A stretch of DNA of 64,000 nt from a virus: IMG/VR virus record IMGVR_UViG_3300009494_000372. The stretch is one strand, 5' to 3'. Below are positions 28,268 through 38,886 of the stretch, one piece after another. Numbering within the stretch: position 1 is the stretch's first letter; each line of letters starts with the position of its first letter. Below the pieces are notes generated by a model, which was given only the letters and a program-made list of their open reading frames with translations, had not been told where the DNA came from and made no database searches. A program made the translations under genes and the position numbers.

Positions 28268-29236
28268 TTATTCCTCCAGTATTTTCTCAAGTAGTTCCAT
28301 CTTCCCATTATTCAGTTCCGGATGCTTTAGCCGGATCGCACGCAGCATATCCGTCGGATAGACATTCCTGTGATGCAGTTTCGCAAGCGTAATAGCAATC
28401 CGGATCATTGACTCCTCGTCCCGGATGCTGCCGGTGGATTCTGTCAACACCAGATACATCTCCATCAGCTTTACCATCACAACCCGGGTGCCGTCACTAA
28501 TGCCCGGTTCAAAGTCACTGATCCAGCGTAGATAGTTTCGCAGGTTTATGCCGTCGTATCCCTCTTTCGGTCGGTACCAGTTCATGACCCTTGAGCGCAT
28601 GATCTCACGCTTGAAGTCATGATCCGGTTTCAAGACCTCAAACTTGAAGTCAAACCGATCCATCAGTTCCGGAGCGAACTTTGACGTCTCGTTCGCACAC
28701 GCTATGCACCGAACCCTTGCATCAATCACCGTATGCGTCTTCCCGACATCGATATGTATCTTACCCTCTTCCAGAGCCTCCAGAAGTCCCTGAAGCGATT
28801 TCTGATCGAACTTGTCCAATTCATCGAGGCAACAGACACTATCGTTCGCTTTCGGCAATGCACCGAGTGTAATTTCGTTCCCGGACGCATCCGCCGTCAG
28901 ACCGACTCTCGATGACCTCATCGATGCACCAACCGCACCCTGCTTGAACACGAGCCAGTCCGTGATCATCGTCTTCGCCGTCCCTGGGTCTCCAAACATC
29001 AGGACATGAATCCTGCCGCGGTCCCCGTGCCGGTCGCCATGTGATGCGAGGGCGAGCACAACAGCACGCTTCACATCATCCATGCCCGTAATTTTGGGAT
29101 TGATCGATGGATACCAGTATTCGAGCATGTCCTCGGTCTCGCATAGTTCCTTGAACTCCTGTTCCAACCCGGCATCGATGCCGCCAAGTTCAGCCGCTTC
29201 GAGCGATTCTATAAAGCCATCACCTGTTTCTGACAT
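28268..29236 (-). CDS. mcm: MCM-family AAA+ helicase lacking the N-terminal domain
   Basis: GDPGTAKT Walker A, CLDELDK Walker B, IACAN sensor and LMDRFD arginine finger. Confidence 0.85.
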   Translation of the reverse strand: MSETGDGFIESLEAAELGGIDAGLEQEFKELCETEDMLEYWYPSINPKITGMDDVKRAVVLALASHGDRHGDRGRIHVLMFGDPGTAKTMITDWLVFKQGAVGASMRSSRVGLTADASGNEITLGALPKANDSVCCLDELDKFDQKSLQGLLEALEEGKIHIDVGKTHTVIDARVRCIACANETSKFAPELMDRFDFKFEVLKPDHDFKREIMRSRVMNWYRPKEGYDGINLRNYLRWISDFEPGISDGTRVVMVKLMEMYLVLTESTGSIRDEESMIRIAITLAKLHHRNVYPTDMLRAIRLKHPELNNGKMELLEKILEE

Positions 29237-29462
29237 ATCTGATCACCTTCCCTGTCGCGTAGTCTTATGTTTATAGTCATACCCTCCGGATTTTATATCT
29301 GATTGCGTAGCCTTTACAGAGTTAACAGTCATTTTGCCTGAAATGACATCTGCAAAACCGCATTCATGCACTACAGCCATCGCAAAATTACGGTCTTTAG
29401 CACCTAACGCTCTCCAAAACGCGTATGTGATACGCAGTCTCTTTATCCTACCGATCTGCATA

Positions 29463-29666
29463 TCAGATCACCTTCAGACTTTTGAGAACCAGCGCATAGA
29501 CTCCAGCCGCGAATGCCGACACTACACCTAAAGTAAGGCATGTCAACAGGCTGTTGGGGTCGTGCCGGTATATCGTTACTCCTGCGACGAATGATGCCAC
29601 GCTGTTGCATAGAATAAACGCGAGAAGAGCCCTATCCACAAATTTCCAGACCTGCATACCGATCAC
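29463..29666 (-). CDS. Small membrane protein
   Basis: Two hydrophobic segments. Confidence 0.4.
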   Translation of the reverse strand: MIGMQVWKFVDRALLAFILCNSVASFVAGVTIYRHDPNSLLTCLTLGVVSAFAAGVYALVLKSLKVI

Positions 29667-29899
29667 CTCATGTACGTCCGATCACCGAAACCATCATCCA
29701 TAACGTCGCGATTGATGGTCGTCGTTTGCACCTCTGCGATCTCGGCGTATTCAGTCCAATACTCCGGAAACGCCTCTTCGATGCGATCCCTGTTGAGCTG
29801 ATCAGCAATGCGCAATGCCTGACCGAGACACTGCACGAAATGACCGCCATACTGGATCATCGCTGCCGCAACCGCCTGCGCTTCATCATAGCTTGTCAT
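29663..29899 (-). CDS. Small protein, tandem paralog of 29896-30078
   Basis: GGHFVQCLGQAL..DRIEEAFPEYW vs GTIFVRCLGEAL..QRIKEAFPELW. Confidence 0.55.
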   Translation of the reverse strand: MTSYDEAQAVAAAMIQYGGHFVQCLGQALRIADQLNRDRIEEAFPEYWTEYAEIAEVQTTTINRDVMDDGFGDRTYMR

Positions 29900-30078
29900 G
29901 GCTCTGTCTCCATCGCTTTCCTCAGATTCACCTTCCAAAGTTCCGGAAACGCCTCTTTGATACGCTGCCTGTCATCATGATCAGCAACGTACAATGCCTC
30001 GCCCAAACAACGCACAAAAATAGTGCCACGCTCCGCCATCGTTTTCGCGACTAAATGCGCTTCTTCATATTCGTTCAT
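29896..30078 (-). CDS. Small protein, tandem paralog of 29663-29899
   Basis: Alignment given for 29663-29899. Confidence 0.55.
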   Translation of the reverse strand: MNEYEEAHLVAKTMAERGTIFVRCLGEALYVADHDDRQRIKEAFPELWKVNLRKAMETEP

Positions 30079-30746
30079 GCCTCAACCCTCATGTTCCGGA
30101 TTGATTCCAGCAGCTCGGCACCATCAGTCTTTTTGCCGCCTCCGGATGCAGCCTTCTGTAGCTCGTTGATCGCGAGTCGCATGTCACCATCGCAGCTCCG
30201 TGAAATATCCTCAATCTCGCCGTTCAGGTCAAGACCCTCGCATTCTGCGATGTACTCAAGTCGCTTCCGGATCGCATCAGAACCGATCTTCTCGAACTCC
30301 AGGACTACGCACCGGCTCCGGATCGGCTTGCTGAAGATGTCGTTGTTCGCCGAAAGGATGAACCGCGTCGAACCGCGTTCCTCCAGTGGCTTCCGGAGCA
30401 TGTTCTGCGCCTGCGTTGTGAGTCCATCGGATTCATCCAGGAAGATGATCTTCACTTTCGTGAACATCGGCTGGTGTGCCGTACTTTTGATCACGTCCCG
30501 GATCGTATCGACACCTCTCTCATTCGATGCGTTGTACTCTGTGAAGTTCGTCTCAAAGAACTCTTTGAGCAATTCCTTCCCGATTATGTACGCGACGGTC
30601 GTCTTCCCGGTGCCCGGCTCTCCGATCATCCTGATGTTCGGGATGTCATGGTCTCGCTCGATCATGCCCTTTACCGTGGTCACGATCTCATCCTGACCGA
30701 CCACATCATCAAAAGCCTGCGGTCTATACTTTTCAGTCCACATCAT
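30075..30746 (-). CDS. rfcS: Replication factor C small subunit-like clamp loader (short)
   Basis: WTEKYRP, GEPGTGKTT, YNASNERG, FLDESD, IRSRC and GDMRLAINELQ. Confidence 0.9.
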   Translation of the reverse strand: MMWTEKYRPQAFDDVVGQDEIVTTVKGMIERDHDIPNIRMIGEPGTGKTTVAYIIGKELLKEFFETNFTEYNASNERGVDTIRDVIKSTAHQPMFTKVKIIFLDESDGLTTQAQNMLRKPLEERGSTRFILSANNDIFSKPIRSRCVVLEFEKIGSDAIRKRLEYIAECEGLDLNGEIEDISRSCDGDMRLAINELQKAASGGGKKTDGAELLESIRNMRVEA

Positions 30747-31182
30747 GCTCTTTCACCACCATCGTTGCTTGTAACGCTTCGATGAATCGCTCAACATCTT
30801 CTTTTGTGTAGAATCCAACGTGTGCAGTGACGCCTTCAACAACGTCATTCACTATCAAGTAAGGCATACGAACCCCTACCTGTTCTGCTACCTTGATAGA
30901 TCCACCATAGCATGTATTGATTTCTATCATCGCCTCACGCCTCCGTTTGCCTCACTCCTAACGCATCACTCATCGCCTCAAGTTCACGCATCAGTTCACG
31001 AAATTCAGGGTTGAATCGCTCTGCCTTGCCACCCTTCAGCCATGACTCAATCCGCCCCTTATGGTTCTTAACAGCCCATAGCACATACTCCATCTCTGCA
31101 AGGTATGTCTTGATGCTGTAACAATCCTTCTGCCGCACCTGCTCGGCTTTAAAGACGCGTTCAATGGTAGGCATCAGTGTCT

Positions 31183-31866
31183 TCATGGTTCTTTCGCCTC
31201 CGATTTATCGAGGTTTTCACCAACCCATGTCAAAAAATCGCCGCCGTGGATGTGTAATTTCCAATAATCGTACCATTTTGACAACGATCTTGTTTCGTTC
31301 AGGCTCTTGCTGTGATACAGTCTACCAGCGAACTCCGCACAACTTTGTATCTCCTCGTCGGTGGGGAGTCTGCCCTTCGTGTGCATCGTTATTTCACGCA
31401 GATGATCTTCGGACAACCAAAACCCCATACGTGCGAGTAGATCGACATCCCGTGTCTTTATCGTGTGTTGTTCCGGATTGTCCTGATACTGTATCAGTGT
31501 CCTGTTAAACTCGTCAGTGTAGAGCCATGCGAGACTGTGCCCCTCATCACTGTCCAGCGCAGCCAAACACTGGATGAACAGCAGTCGTTCAAGCAGATCA
31601 TCCTTAAAATAGTCGATAACCCGCTCATAGAACTTAATGAGTGCCTCTCGCCTCACAGACATGTCATGCAGTGTCTGTATCGTGCGTTGTTCAGGGATAG
31701 TCCCTCCGGTCTCGGCTGCGGCTGTGATATATCGCCTCGCGTTCACCAGTGCAATATGCACCGCCGATAATTCCGGCACATCCACCAGTATGGCAATATC
31801 ATCTGTGAGTAGCTTCCCAATGTTATCAAGGTCAACAAAGACCCCTTCTACACTTCCTCCTACCAT
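31183..31866 (-). CDS. Hypothetical protein
   Basis: 227-aa ORF in the minus-strand early-gene array. Confidence 0.5.
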   Translation of the reverse strand: MVGGSVEGVFVDLDNIGKLLTDDIAILVDVPELSAVHIALVNARRYITAAAETGGTIPEQRTIQTLHDMSVRREALIKFYERVIDYFKDDLLERLLFIQCLAALDSDEGHSLAWLYTDEFNRTLIQYQDNPEQHTIKTRDVDLLARMGFWLSEDHLREITMHTKGRLPTDEEIQSCAEFAGRLYHSKSLNETRSLSKWYDYWKLHIHGGDFLTWVGENLDKSEAKEP

Positions 31867-32107
31867 AGTTACTCACCTGCCTCCACAAACTCCTTTTTCA
31901 AACCCTGCATCCACCGTTCGGCAGAGGTCGCCTGCTCTCCCTGCGCCTCCACAACCTTCTGGTACTCCGTGATTGCGCCATCAAACGCGTCCCTTATCTC
32001 AACCTCAGTTAGATGATTTGCCTTAAGCATGTCCTGAAGGAATGTCGCCTCCAGGGATGTTGCCTCACGGGATACCCGCTCAACGTATGTGACCTCATCT
32101 CCTGTTG

Positions 32108-32566
32108 TCATGCTCCTTTCACCGCCTCCCGGATCGCTGTCTCCATGATCTCCTGCCATCCCTCAAGACCTGCCGCAACCATCTTTTTCACGCGGTCCAT
32201 CTGCTCATCAGTGAGTGGCTCCTCCAGTTCCATGCTGTGTGCCATGATCTGTGCGTCCTCCTCGGTCAATGCGAAGAGTGTTGCATCATAGCTCGCTCGG
32301 TCAAGGTTCATGCACGTCCAGTACTTGAATGGGGTGCCGTCCGCCATCTCGTGCCAGAACTGTCGCCATTCCTCCAGGGGTCGCGTCACGCTGAGTCCCC
32401 GGTGACGATATAACACGCTCTTATATTCCGCGTACCATCCGGCATTCCGTGATGCCGCGTCAAATGCATCGAGGCATTCTTTCCCGCCGACGTAATGACC
32501 CGCGTTGATCATCGCGTCCTCGAATGCAGATTGAAGTTCCGTCCTGTGCTTGTTTGTGTCTTCCAT
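32108..32566 (-). CDS. Hypothetical protein
   Basis: 152-aa ORF, operonic. Confidence 0.5.
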   Translation of the reverse strand: MEDTNKHRTELQSAFEDAMINAGHYVGGKECLDAFDAASRNAGWYAEYKSVLYRHRGLSVTRPLEEWRQFWHEMADGTPFKYWTCMNLDRASYDATLFALTEEDAQIMAHSMELEEPLTDEQMDRVKKMVAAGLEGWQEIMETAIREAVKGA

Positions 32567-32610
32567 GTTCTCGCCTGCCTAAAGTTGTGATTGTAACCCT
32601 CCGGTTACAA

Positions 32611-32868
32611 TCAAACATTTACGATCTTGTGCCTGTGCCATCGCTTCACGTACTCGATGTAGTCTGCCGGATCATCCGACACATCCGCGTCCTCATAAGG
32701 TTTGAACGGATGAACCCTGCAAGGTTTCCGCTCCCATGAGAACTCATAAGTTCCGTCGCGGTGCTCATGTACCTTCCAAAGTCGAAATACATGATACAAC
32801 CCGCTCGGTTTTAGAATGATCTTAACCAGTTCCTGAAAACTGTCGTACACAAACACGGGATCGCTCAT
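32611..32868 (-). CDS. Small protein paralogous to the C-terminus of 33673-34437
   Basis: KPYEDADV.DDPA...VKRW..HKI motif shared. Confidence 0.55.
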   Translation of the reverse strand: MSDPVFVYDSFQELVKIILKPSGLYHVFRLWKVHEHRDGTYEFSWERKPCRVHPFKPYEDADVSDDPADYIEYVKRWHRHKIVNV

Positions 32869-32959
32869 ACTGCTGCCTCCGGTCTATCCATATTCTCGCC
32901 TCATACAACGATTTGCCCCGCACGGCTGCCGCCATGCAGGTTTACAAAAGAAGATAGGG

Positions 32960-33673
32960 CTATTCCGCATGATTCATGAATTTAAACGCGTGGTCTGCCA
33001 TCAGTCCCATCATAAAGACATAATCGGTCATGTACATGTTGATCTTCGCAAGTTTCACGATGTCGCCGTTAATGTCAATCCCATAGAGATTCCGCCCGTA
33101 CTGCGATGACGCGATCCACCCGTGCTTTTTGTGTATCACACACCTTGCAGCGATCAGCATAACACCAGTGCCGCAGCAAGGATCAAGGATTGCACCCTCT
33201 GGCTCCGGATTAAGCATACTCGCCATCATGTGCGCCACATGAAACGGTGTAAAGAACTCACCGCCCTTCCCGGAACTGACATGATTCATGTAGAAATCCC
33301 CCAAAGGATCGCCATAATTCCCGTCGATAAAGAATGCCATCAACTCGCCGAACATCTGGCTATAACCCGTTAATTTCTCGCGTTTCATCCCCTTGATGAG
33401 TGACATATAATCATCCTCTCGCTGTTCGAGCACCGCAAGGATCACGTCCGCAAACTCGTAAATCTTCGCGTTCATGTGGTAGATCTTATCCCATATTTCC
33501 CCCATCCGGCTGCCCACCTGTGCCGCCAATCCCGGATTAGGCTTTGCTATGAAGTCCTCAATAATCCGCGGCTCGGCTGCCGCGGTCTCCTTCAAGACCG
33601 CGGTCGCCGTCTCAACCTTCTGCATGAACCCGTTAAGGGTGGTCTGTGCCGCGTCCGGTGATTTACGTCGCAT
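32960..33673 (-). CDS. N6-adenine methyltransferase-like (HsdM-type) protein lacking an NPPY/F motif
   Basis: GEFFTP, ILDPCCGTG and YGIDI present; no motif IV before the stop. Confidence 0.7.
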   Translation of the reverse strand: MRRKSPDAAQTTLNGFMQKVETATAVLKETAAAEPRIIEDFIAKPNPGLAAQVGSRMGEIWDKIYHMNAKIYEFADVILAVLEQREDDYMSLIKGMKREKLTGYSQMFGELMAFFIDGNYGDPLGDFYMNHVSSGKGGEFFTPFHVAHMMASMLNPEPEGAILDPCCGTGVMLIAARCVIHKKHGWIASSQYGRNLYGIDINGDIVKLAKINMYMTDYVFMMGLMADHAFKFMNHAE

Positions 33674-34437
33674 CAGAAAATCCGTATCTTATGCGGTGTC
33701 CATCGCTTCACATTAGCGAAAAAGACCGCGGGATCATCTGTAACATCCGCGTCCTCATAGGGTTTATAGTCCCATGACGCGTGCGCTCGATCCTCAAAGG
33801 TAAACTCATACTCTGATTCAACAACCCTCGCGTCCTTAAGTCGATACGCGAGATATTCGTCGCCGTCCTCTACGATCTTATACAGTTCATGATCTACACC
33901 ATCAAACACATAGACCGGCTTCGCGGTGTCCTCTGTGTGCTCGTCGATGAACTCCTGCCATATCTCGGCAAAGTTGCTTACTTCCCTGACAGATGTGTCC
34001 TTATGCTCGTCTGCGAAGTCCTCTGCGTCCAGTTCATCTTCATACGATTCGATTACTTCGCCCTGCTTTGTGACCACTTCAAACCTGACTTCGTACCGGT
34101 CTTTGAGGTAGTCGTAAAGTTCCTCTACCTGCTCCGCAACATCGTTAATGTATGACTGCATGGCACACGCGGACATCATGCCGCGAATGCCTGACCGACC
34201 TATCCACATGCTTGAGTCGGTCTCCTCATTCGTGCAGAACTCTAAAACGTCCGCGGCTTCCTGTAACGAATAGTCGCGGTCCGCGATATGATAGCTTATA
34301 TCGTCGCACCCGTTACCGCCGCGAAAACTGGCAAATTCAAAGTCGTCTTCAATCGCTTCTTTAACGTCGTTTTTGTAGTATCGCAGATACTCAAACGCGT
34401 CGCTTTCCACTTCATCCAAATAGTCCTCTTTCATCAT
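33673..34437 (-). CDS. Acidic hypothetical protein
   Basis: 254-aa D/E-rich ORF. Confidence 0.5.
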   Translation of the reverse strand: MMKEDYLDEVESDAFEYLRYYKNDVKEAIEDDFEFASFRGGNGCDDISYHIADRDYSLQEAADVLEFCTNEETDSSMWIGRSGIRGMMSACAMQSYINDVAEQVEELYDYLKDRYEVRFEVVTKQGEVIESYEDELDAEDFADEHKDTSVREVSNFAEIWQEFIDEHTEDTAKPVYVFDGVDHELYKIVEDGDEYLAYRLKDARVVESEYEFTFEDRAHASWDYKPYEDADVTDDPAVFFANVKRWTPHKIRIF

Positions 34438-34868
34438 TCGATCACTTCTCCAGCTTCTTTCAATGCCTGCAACCGGTCGAAGTCAACACCGTACCGGCAC
34501 ATATCCGCAAATATCTTTGCCTCATTCACGAATGCGCCGCCGCGTTCCGATATACCGCCACCCTTCGCAAACCACGCGTCCGGCACATCATCAAGTTGCA
34601 CGTCTCGCAGTCGTTCAAACTGTTCTGCGCTTATCGAGTCCTCGATCTCATTAAGAACCGTGATAAAGACACCCTCGATAAAAGTAGCAAACGACCACTG
34701 CATCCCCGGATTCGCGTCGATGTGTACCTTTGCCATCTCGATTACGCCGCGACCGTGAACGTCACAAAACCGGAATATCTCGGGGATGTCGCTTTCACGA
34801 CCCCCCAATATCTCGGATAAGATCGCTTTGGCATAAGTCAAATCCCTGATTACACTGCATTCGTACAT
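34434..34868 (-). CDS. Hypothetical protein
   Basis: Overlapping stop/start junctions with neighbours. Confidence 0.5.
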   Translation of the reverse strand: MYECSVIRDLTYAKAILSEILGGRESDIPEIFRFCDVHGRGVIEMAKVHIDANPGMQWSFATFIEGVFITVLNEIEDSISAEQFERLRDVQLDDVPDAWFAKGGGISERGGAFVNEAKIFADMCRYGVDFDRLQALKEAGEVIE

Positions 34869-35197
34869 CAGTACTCCTCCGCGAGCAAGAACGTAACCGC
34901 ATACTGCGTGCCCACTTTGCGCCCTACGTTCTCCGAAAGAAATTCTTTGCTGCCGTAGTCGTCAAGTTTGGCATATACCTTTGTCTCAAGTGTCGGATAT
35001 GCGACATGAAGGGTTTTGCCGCCGTCCTCAAGTTCGGTCTTTTCCTGTTTCGGATCGAATACGATAAAGTCCGGATTCTCCGGTTTTATCGCTGCCATCC
35101 CTTTTGAGATTATATCCCATAGAATCCCTTCAGGTAAACTATTGAATCCCTGAGTTACAACCATGAAATAGCCTGTTACCTTCGTTTTTACTGCCAT
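34868..35197 (-). CDS. Hypothetical protein
   Basis: Operonic; C-terminal TFLLAEEY resembles a DUF3768/DUF960-type ending. Confidence 0.45.
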   Translation of the reverse strand: MAVKTKVTGYFMVVTQGFNSLPEGILWDIISKGMAAIKPENPDFIVFDPKQEKTELEDGGKTLHVAYPTLETKVYAKLDDYGSKEFLSENVGRKVGTQYAVTFLLAEEY

Positions 35198-35641
35198 CTA
35201 ATCACCTATTTCCATATCAAAACCATACTTTTCTGCGCAATATTCAGAGCAAAACCGTTCATCCGGATAATCTTCAAGTCTAAACACCTTATCCGGATCG
35301 AATAGCTTACTTTCGCACCAATCACACGCGGGCATATCCTCATATTCTTTGGCTGCCCACGCGGTCAATTCCTCATCGGTTGAGGGATCGAACGGCATGG
35401 TCATGCCACACGTACAACCGTAACCTATCCCGATCTTTGCATCAGGTTCGTCGCGTTTCCACGCGTCGCGGATTTTCACCGCGGTCCTCACTGCCTCGCG
35501 GGGATCGAAAAACTCGCGTCCTTCATCCTCATATTTCTCGACCAACATATCAGGGTTCACGTAGTCCCGCCCACCGGTCGATATTTCGATCATAAAGCCA
35601 CTGCTATCAAACTGTAACTGCCGCGTCAATAGGTAGCCCAT
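35198..35641 (-). CDS. Hypothetical protein with C-terminal zinc finger
   Basis: CDWC..FCSEYC. Confidence 0.5.
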   Translation of the reverse strand: MGYLLTRQLQFDSSGFMIEISTGGRDYVNPDMLVEKYEDEGREFFDPREAVRTAVKIRDAWKRDEPDAKIGIGYGCTCGMTMPFDPSTDEELTAWAAKEYEDMPACDWCESKLFDPDKVFRLEDYPDERFCSEYCAEKYGFDMEIGD

Positions 35642-36587
35642 AGTATCACATCCCTAATTCGATTGAATCTTTCGCGGATGCCCGTGCAATGTCCTGATAA
35701 TACGATTCAGGTATCTCGCACATCCCAACCGCCGCGGGGTCTATATCCTTGCCCCTCCAATCAATCGCGTACTCAATCGCGTCCCCAATCGTCACGTTCT
35801 CGCCCGTAATGTGCCCAATGAGATCAAGTCCCATCCATATCTGATATTTACGCTCCATAGCATCACCGCCAAAAATAAACGCGGGGCATTAAAGCCCCAA
35901 CTTATCAAGGATCGCGTCCGGATCCTCACTGGTAAAGATGTTGTGCTCTATGTCTGTGAACCGGTCGTTTTCGGTGCGACCTTCGGGTTTAACACCCTTG
36001 CAGCATTCGCACCCTTTGCCGGATAGTAACCGCTCGCGTTCTCGCACGGTCATATCGTGATTCACATAGTAGGTTTCGTATGGTTCGCCGCAAATCAGGC
36101 ATTTAATATCATCACCCATAAGATCACCATTCAACCTTTACGCTAATCTTATCTGGTACACCGTCGGTTAATATGTGTTTCTTTAGGTATATCGTGCCTA
36201 TTTTCGTTACATCGCCGTCTTCACGGTACTGGTGTGTTCCCTTCGTCTCTTTCGCGTGCGTAAATGTACATTCGATTGTTGCCATCTTCTCACATCCGTG
36301 CATGGTGCGCATGGTGCGCATGATGCGCACGATTCTAACTGATTCGATAGGTTATAAATCCCGCGTTTATAAAAAATTTTTGACAAAAATAAAAATTTTC
36401 AAAAAAAATTCAAAAGAAGGCTTTAGAATGCTCCGTTGACCATGCAGAAATTTTCAGTCAAAAACGATAGCAGGCGGCTGTTTGTGATACCGCTTCCATG
36501 CCAAGTAAACGTTATTTTTTTTTTAAAAAATAGTGGCTACTGTTGCCGTTTTTTTTTTATTTTTTTAAAAAAATTTATGCATGGTGT

Positions 36588-36809
36588 GCATAAATTATTT
36601 TTGCCCCTAAAATTGCGCTGTCACATTAAGCAATCGAAGATCATAAAATACAGTGATCGTTAAATAAGGGGGGGATAGTCCGGTGACCGGATTGTGACTG
36701 CGCATAAATTATTTTCACTCCTAAAAATGAACGGTCACTCTAACTAATTAAAGACCATAAAACACAGTGATCGCTAAATAAGGGTGGGATAGTCCGGTGA
36801 CCGGATTGT
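36588..36809. repeat. Two imperfect 114-bp tandem units, each with palindrome TCCGGT-G-ACCGGA
   Basis: Palindromes at 36679-36691 and 36793-36805; preceded by poly-A/T tracts. Confidence 0.8.
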
Positions 36810-36828
36810 AATAATAAAGGTTGGGTGA

Positions 36829-36913
36829 TGCGGGGGGCGGGATTTGAACCCGCGAACTCCTACGAGAATGGGCTCTAAACCCATCGCCTTTGACCGGTCT
36901 GGGCGACCCCCGC
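36829..36913 (-). tRNA. tRNA-Leu(TAG)
   Basis: GCGGGGG/CCCCCGC acceptor, A73, ATGGG-TTTAGAG-CCCAT arm, long variable arm, TTCAAAT loop. Confidence 0.92.
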
Positions 36914-36964
36914 ACATACGGTTAGTTTATATGGATTTGGAATGATGGTGTAACACAATAGGAT

Positions 36965-37037
36965 GGGCTTGTAGATCAGCTGGTAGATCGCCGTCATGGC
37001 ATGTCGGAGGCACTGGGTTCAAGTCCCAGCAAGTCCA
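36965..37037 (+). tRNA. tRNA-Ala(GGC); candidate attachment site
   Basis: GGGCTTG/CAAGTCC acceptor with G3:U70, GGC anticodon, CTGGG-TTCAAGT-CCCAG; ends 10 nt from the integrase stop. Confidence 0.88.
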
Positions 37038-37047
37038 TTAACACAGA

Positions 37048-38886
37048 TCACACCAGACTCTTCATATATTTATCGGGTATTCCCGTAGTCGGGTATTCTT
37101 TATCAAATACCCTTCGTGCTATTTCTGCTGGAGTGAACTTTCCATGGATGCTCTCTGGCAGGTCTACATACTGCCAATCAGTATCTTTGTAGTGCTTTTT
37201 AATGGTTGAAGCCAGATCACCTGTAAGCTCTTCAACAAGCGTGTTACTCTCAAGACACGCCCACACAAGAGATGCCAAACTTTTCCTGAACTTTTTAGAT
37301 GATACTGGTACTCCATCCGTGAATTTACCCAATCGGAGTATATGCGTGGCAAGAATGCCTTTATCGAGTGTTAAGTATCCGGATTCTTCGTCAAGTTCAA
37401 GTTCATGCCTTGTAAATATGCCACTGCCAGCAACATACTCTTTAGGATCGGGTTCATAATCCCTGATATACGCATCGATGTCCTCTGCAAGGTGATCTGA
37501 TATGTATGTGGTGTCTGGAGCCCCCTTTCCACCAACTTTCTTACCTTTTACATATCTCCATTTAATCATTCTCGGTTTAGTTTTTGGGAAGTCCATCCAT
37601 CGTAACCATACAACGTTTGCCGGACGTGCCCCAGATTCTCTTATTATCCTTAAAAGAATGAATATACCTCTCTTATACTGCTCTTTAAGCGGTGCACTTA
37701 AAACAGAACGGTATATCGGTATTATTTCGTCTGTTTCGATAAGAAGTTCCTTTCTGTCAGTCATCATTAATTTATACGGTATAATTTCGGCTTCTTCTTC
37801 TATAATAGTGACACCTGCAAGGGGATTTTTAACGACACCATCTGCGTCAGGCGGGAAATTACCCCCTTCGGTGAACCACTTGAAGAAGGTTGATATGGTG
37901 TTCAGATTACCCACAACCGTGGTTCTGCTCACAGGTTGGGGTCTTGCTGGCATTAGTTCCTCTGCGGTCTTTCTATCCCTATTATGCCGAGCCATGTTAA
38001 GCCTCAGATCACGCCTATACTCCTTCGGGTTCTTTTCGTAATATTCACGCTTTTTGGCATACCTGTACTGTTTAAATGCAAAATCAGCCGCCAAAAACGT
38101 ATCGCCATAATTGCGCAGTTCCATCGGTCCAAAATACCTTATATCTATCTCGTTAGTTTCGATATACTGCAAAAATGGCTCCAGTTCTCTGTAATAGTCA
38201 GTAGTGGTGTTAGCCATCGCCGACAATTTGGTTTTTTCGCCTTTAAGTTCTTCAACTGTCCTGTATCCAACGTAATCACCACTTCTGATAAGAGCATCAA
38301 CCCATCCCAACCTACCCTCAAGCAAATATACCTTTTTATTAGCCCTTTTGCTGCGTTCCATGATTCTAAGCTCAACATCTGTCAGCGTCCCGGTCATATC
38401 GTCTGGTAGTTCAATATCCCCCGGATCGGTCGCAGTGGCTTTTTTAACCCGATCAGTTATATCAGAACAGCGTTTAATCACTTTCGATCTTACAGCCGCA
38501 TCCGGTTTTATCACGTCACATGCCCGGTATGCAGTTATACACATAAACGATTTTAATCTCTGCAGTCCTCCAACAGTTTTAACCCCATAAATAATTTTAA
38601 GTTCTTTTTCACGAGCCCGAAGATTGACATAGCTCCACGCAAAATCCCTGATCATATCGTATGTTAGCGGTACGCCGCTTGGCAACCTCATTTCTCTGAA
38701 ATCACCAATAGCAACCGGGACAGTGACAGGAGTAACAGCCGGCACAGCTTCAGCAGGTCGCCCAACCAGGATAGCCTCCCTTAGTATTGCTTTTTTCTCC
38801 TCAATGGTGATGTCTCCCGCCGCGATTGCAGCATCAGCTCTCTTGGTAATCTCCCTAATATAATCTCCGTCAACAACGCTATTCAT
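37048..38886 (-). CDS. int: Tyrosine recombinase/integrase
   Basis: ESGAR.ANV (R), KKFRKSLA (HxxR-like) and LTGD..STIKKHY (Y); adjacent to a tRNA. Confidence 0.75.
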   Translation of the reverse strand: MNSVVDGDYIREITKRADAAIAAGDITIEEKKAILREAILVGRPAEAVPAVTPVTVPVAIGDFREMRLPSGVPLTYDMIRDFAWSYVNLRAREKELKIIYGVKTVGGLQRLKSFMCITAYRACDVIKPDAAVRSKVIKRCSDITDRVKKATATDPGDIELPDDMTGTLTDVELRIMERSKRANKKVYLLEGRLGWVDALIRSGDYVGYRTVEELKGEKTKLSAMANTTTDYYRELEPFLQYIETNEIDIRYFGPMELRNYGDTFLAADFAFKQYRYAKKREYYEKNPKEYRRDLRLNMARHNRDRKTAEELMPARPQPVSRTTVVGNLNTISTFFKWFTEGGNFPPDADGVVKNPLAGVTIIEEEAEIIPYKLMMTDRKELLIETDEIIPIYRSVLSAPLKEQYKRGIFILLRIIRESGARPANVVWLRWMDFPKTKPRMIKWRYVKGKKVGGKGAPDTTYISDHLAEDIDAYIRDYEPDPKEYVAGSGIFTRHELELDEESGYLTLDKGILATHILRLGKFTDGVPVSSKKFRKSLASLVWACLESNTLVEELTGDLASTIKKHYKDTDWQYVDLPESIHGKFTPAEIARRVFDKEYPTTGIPDKYMKSLV

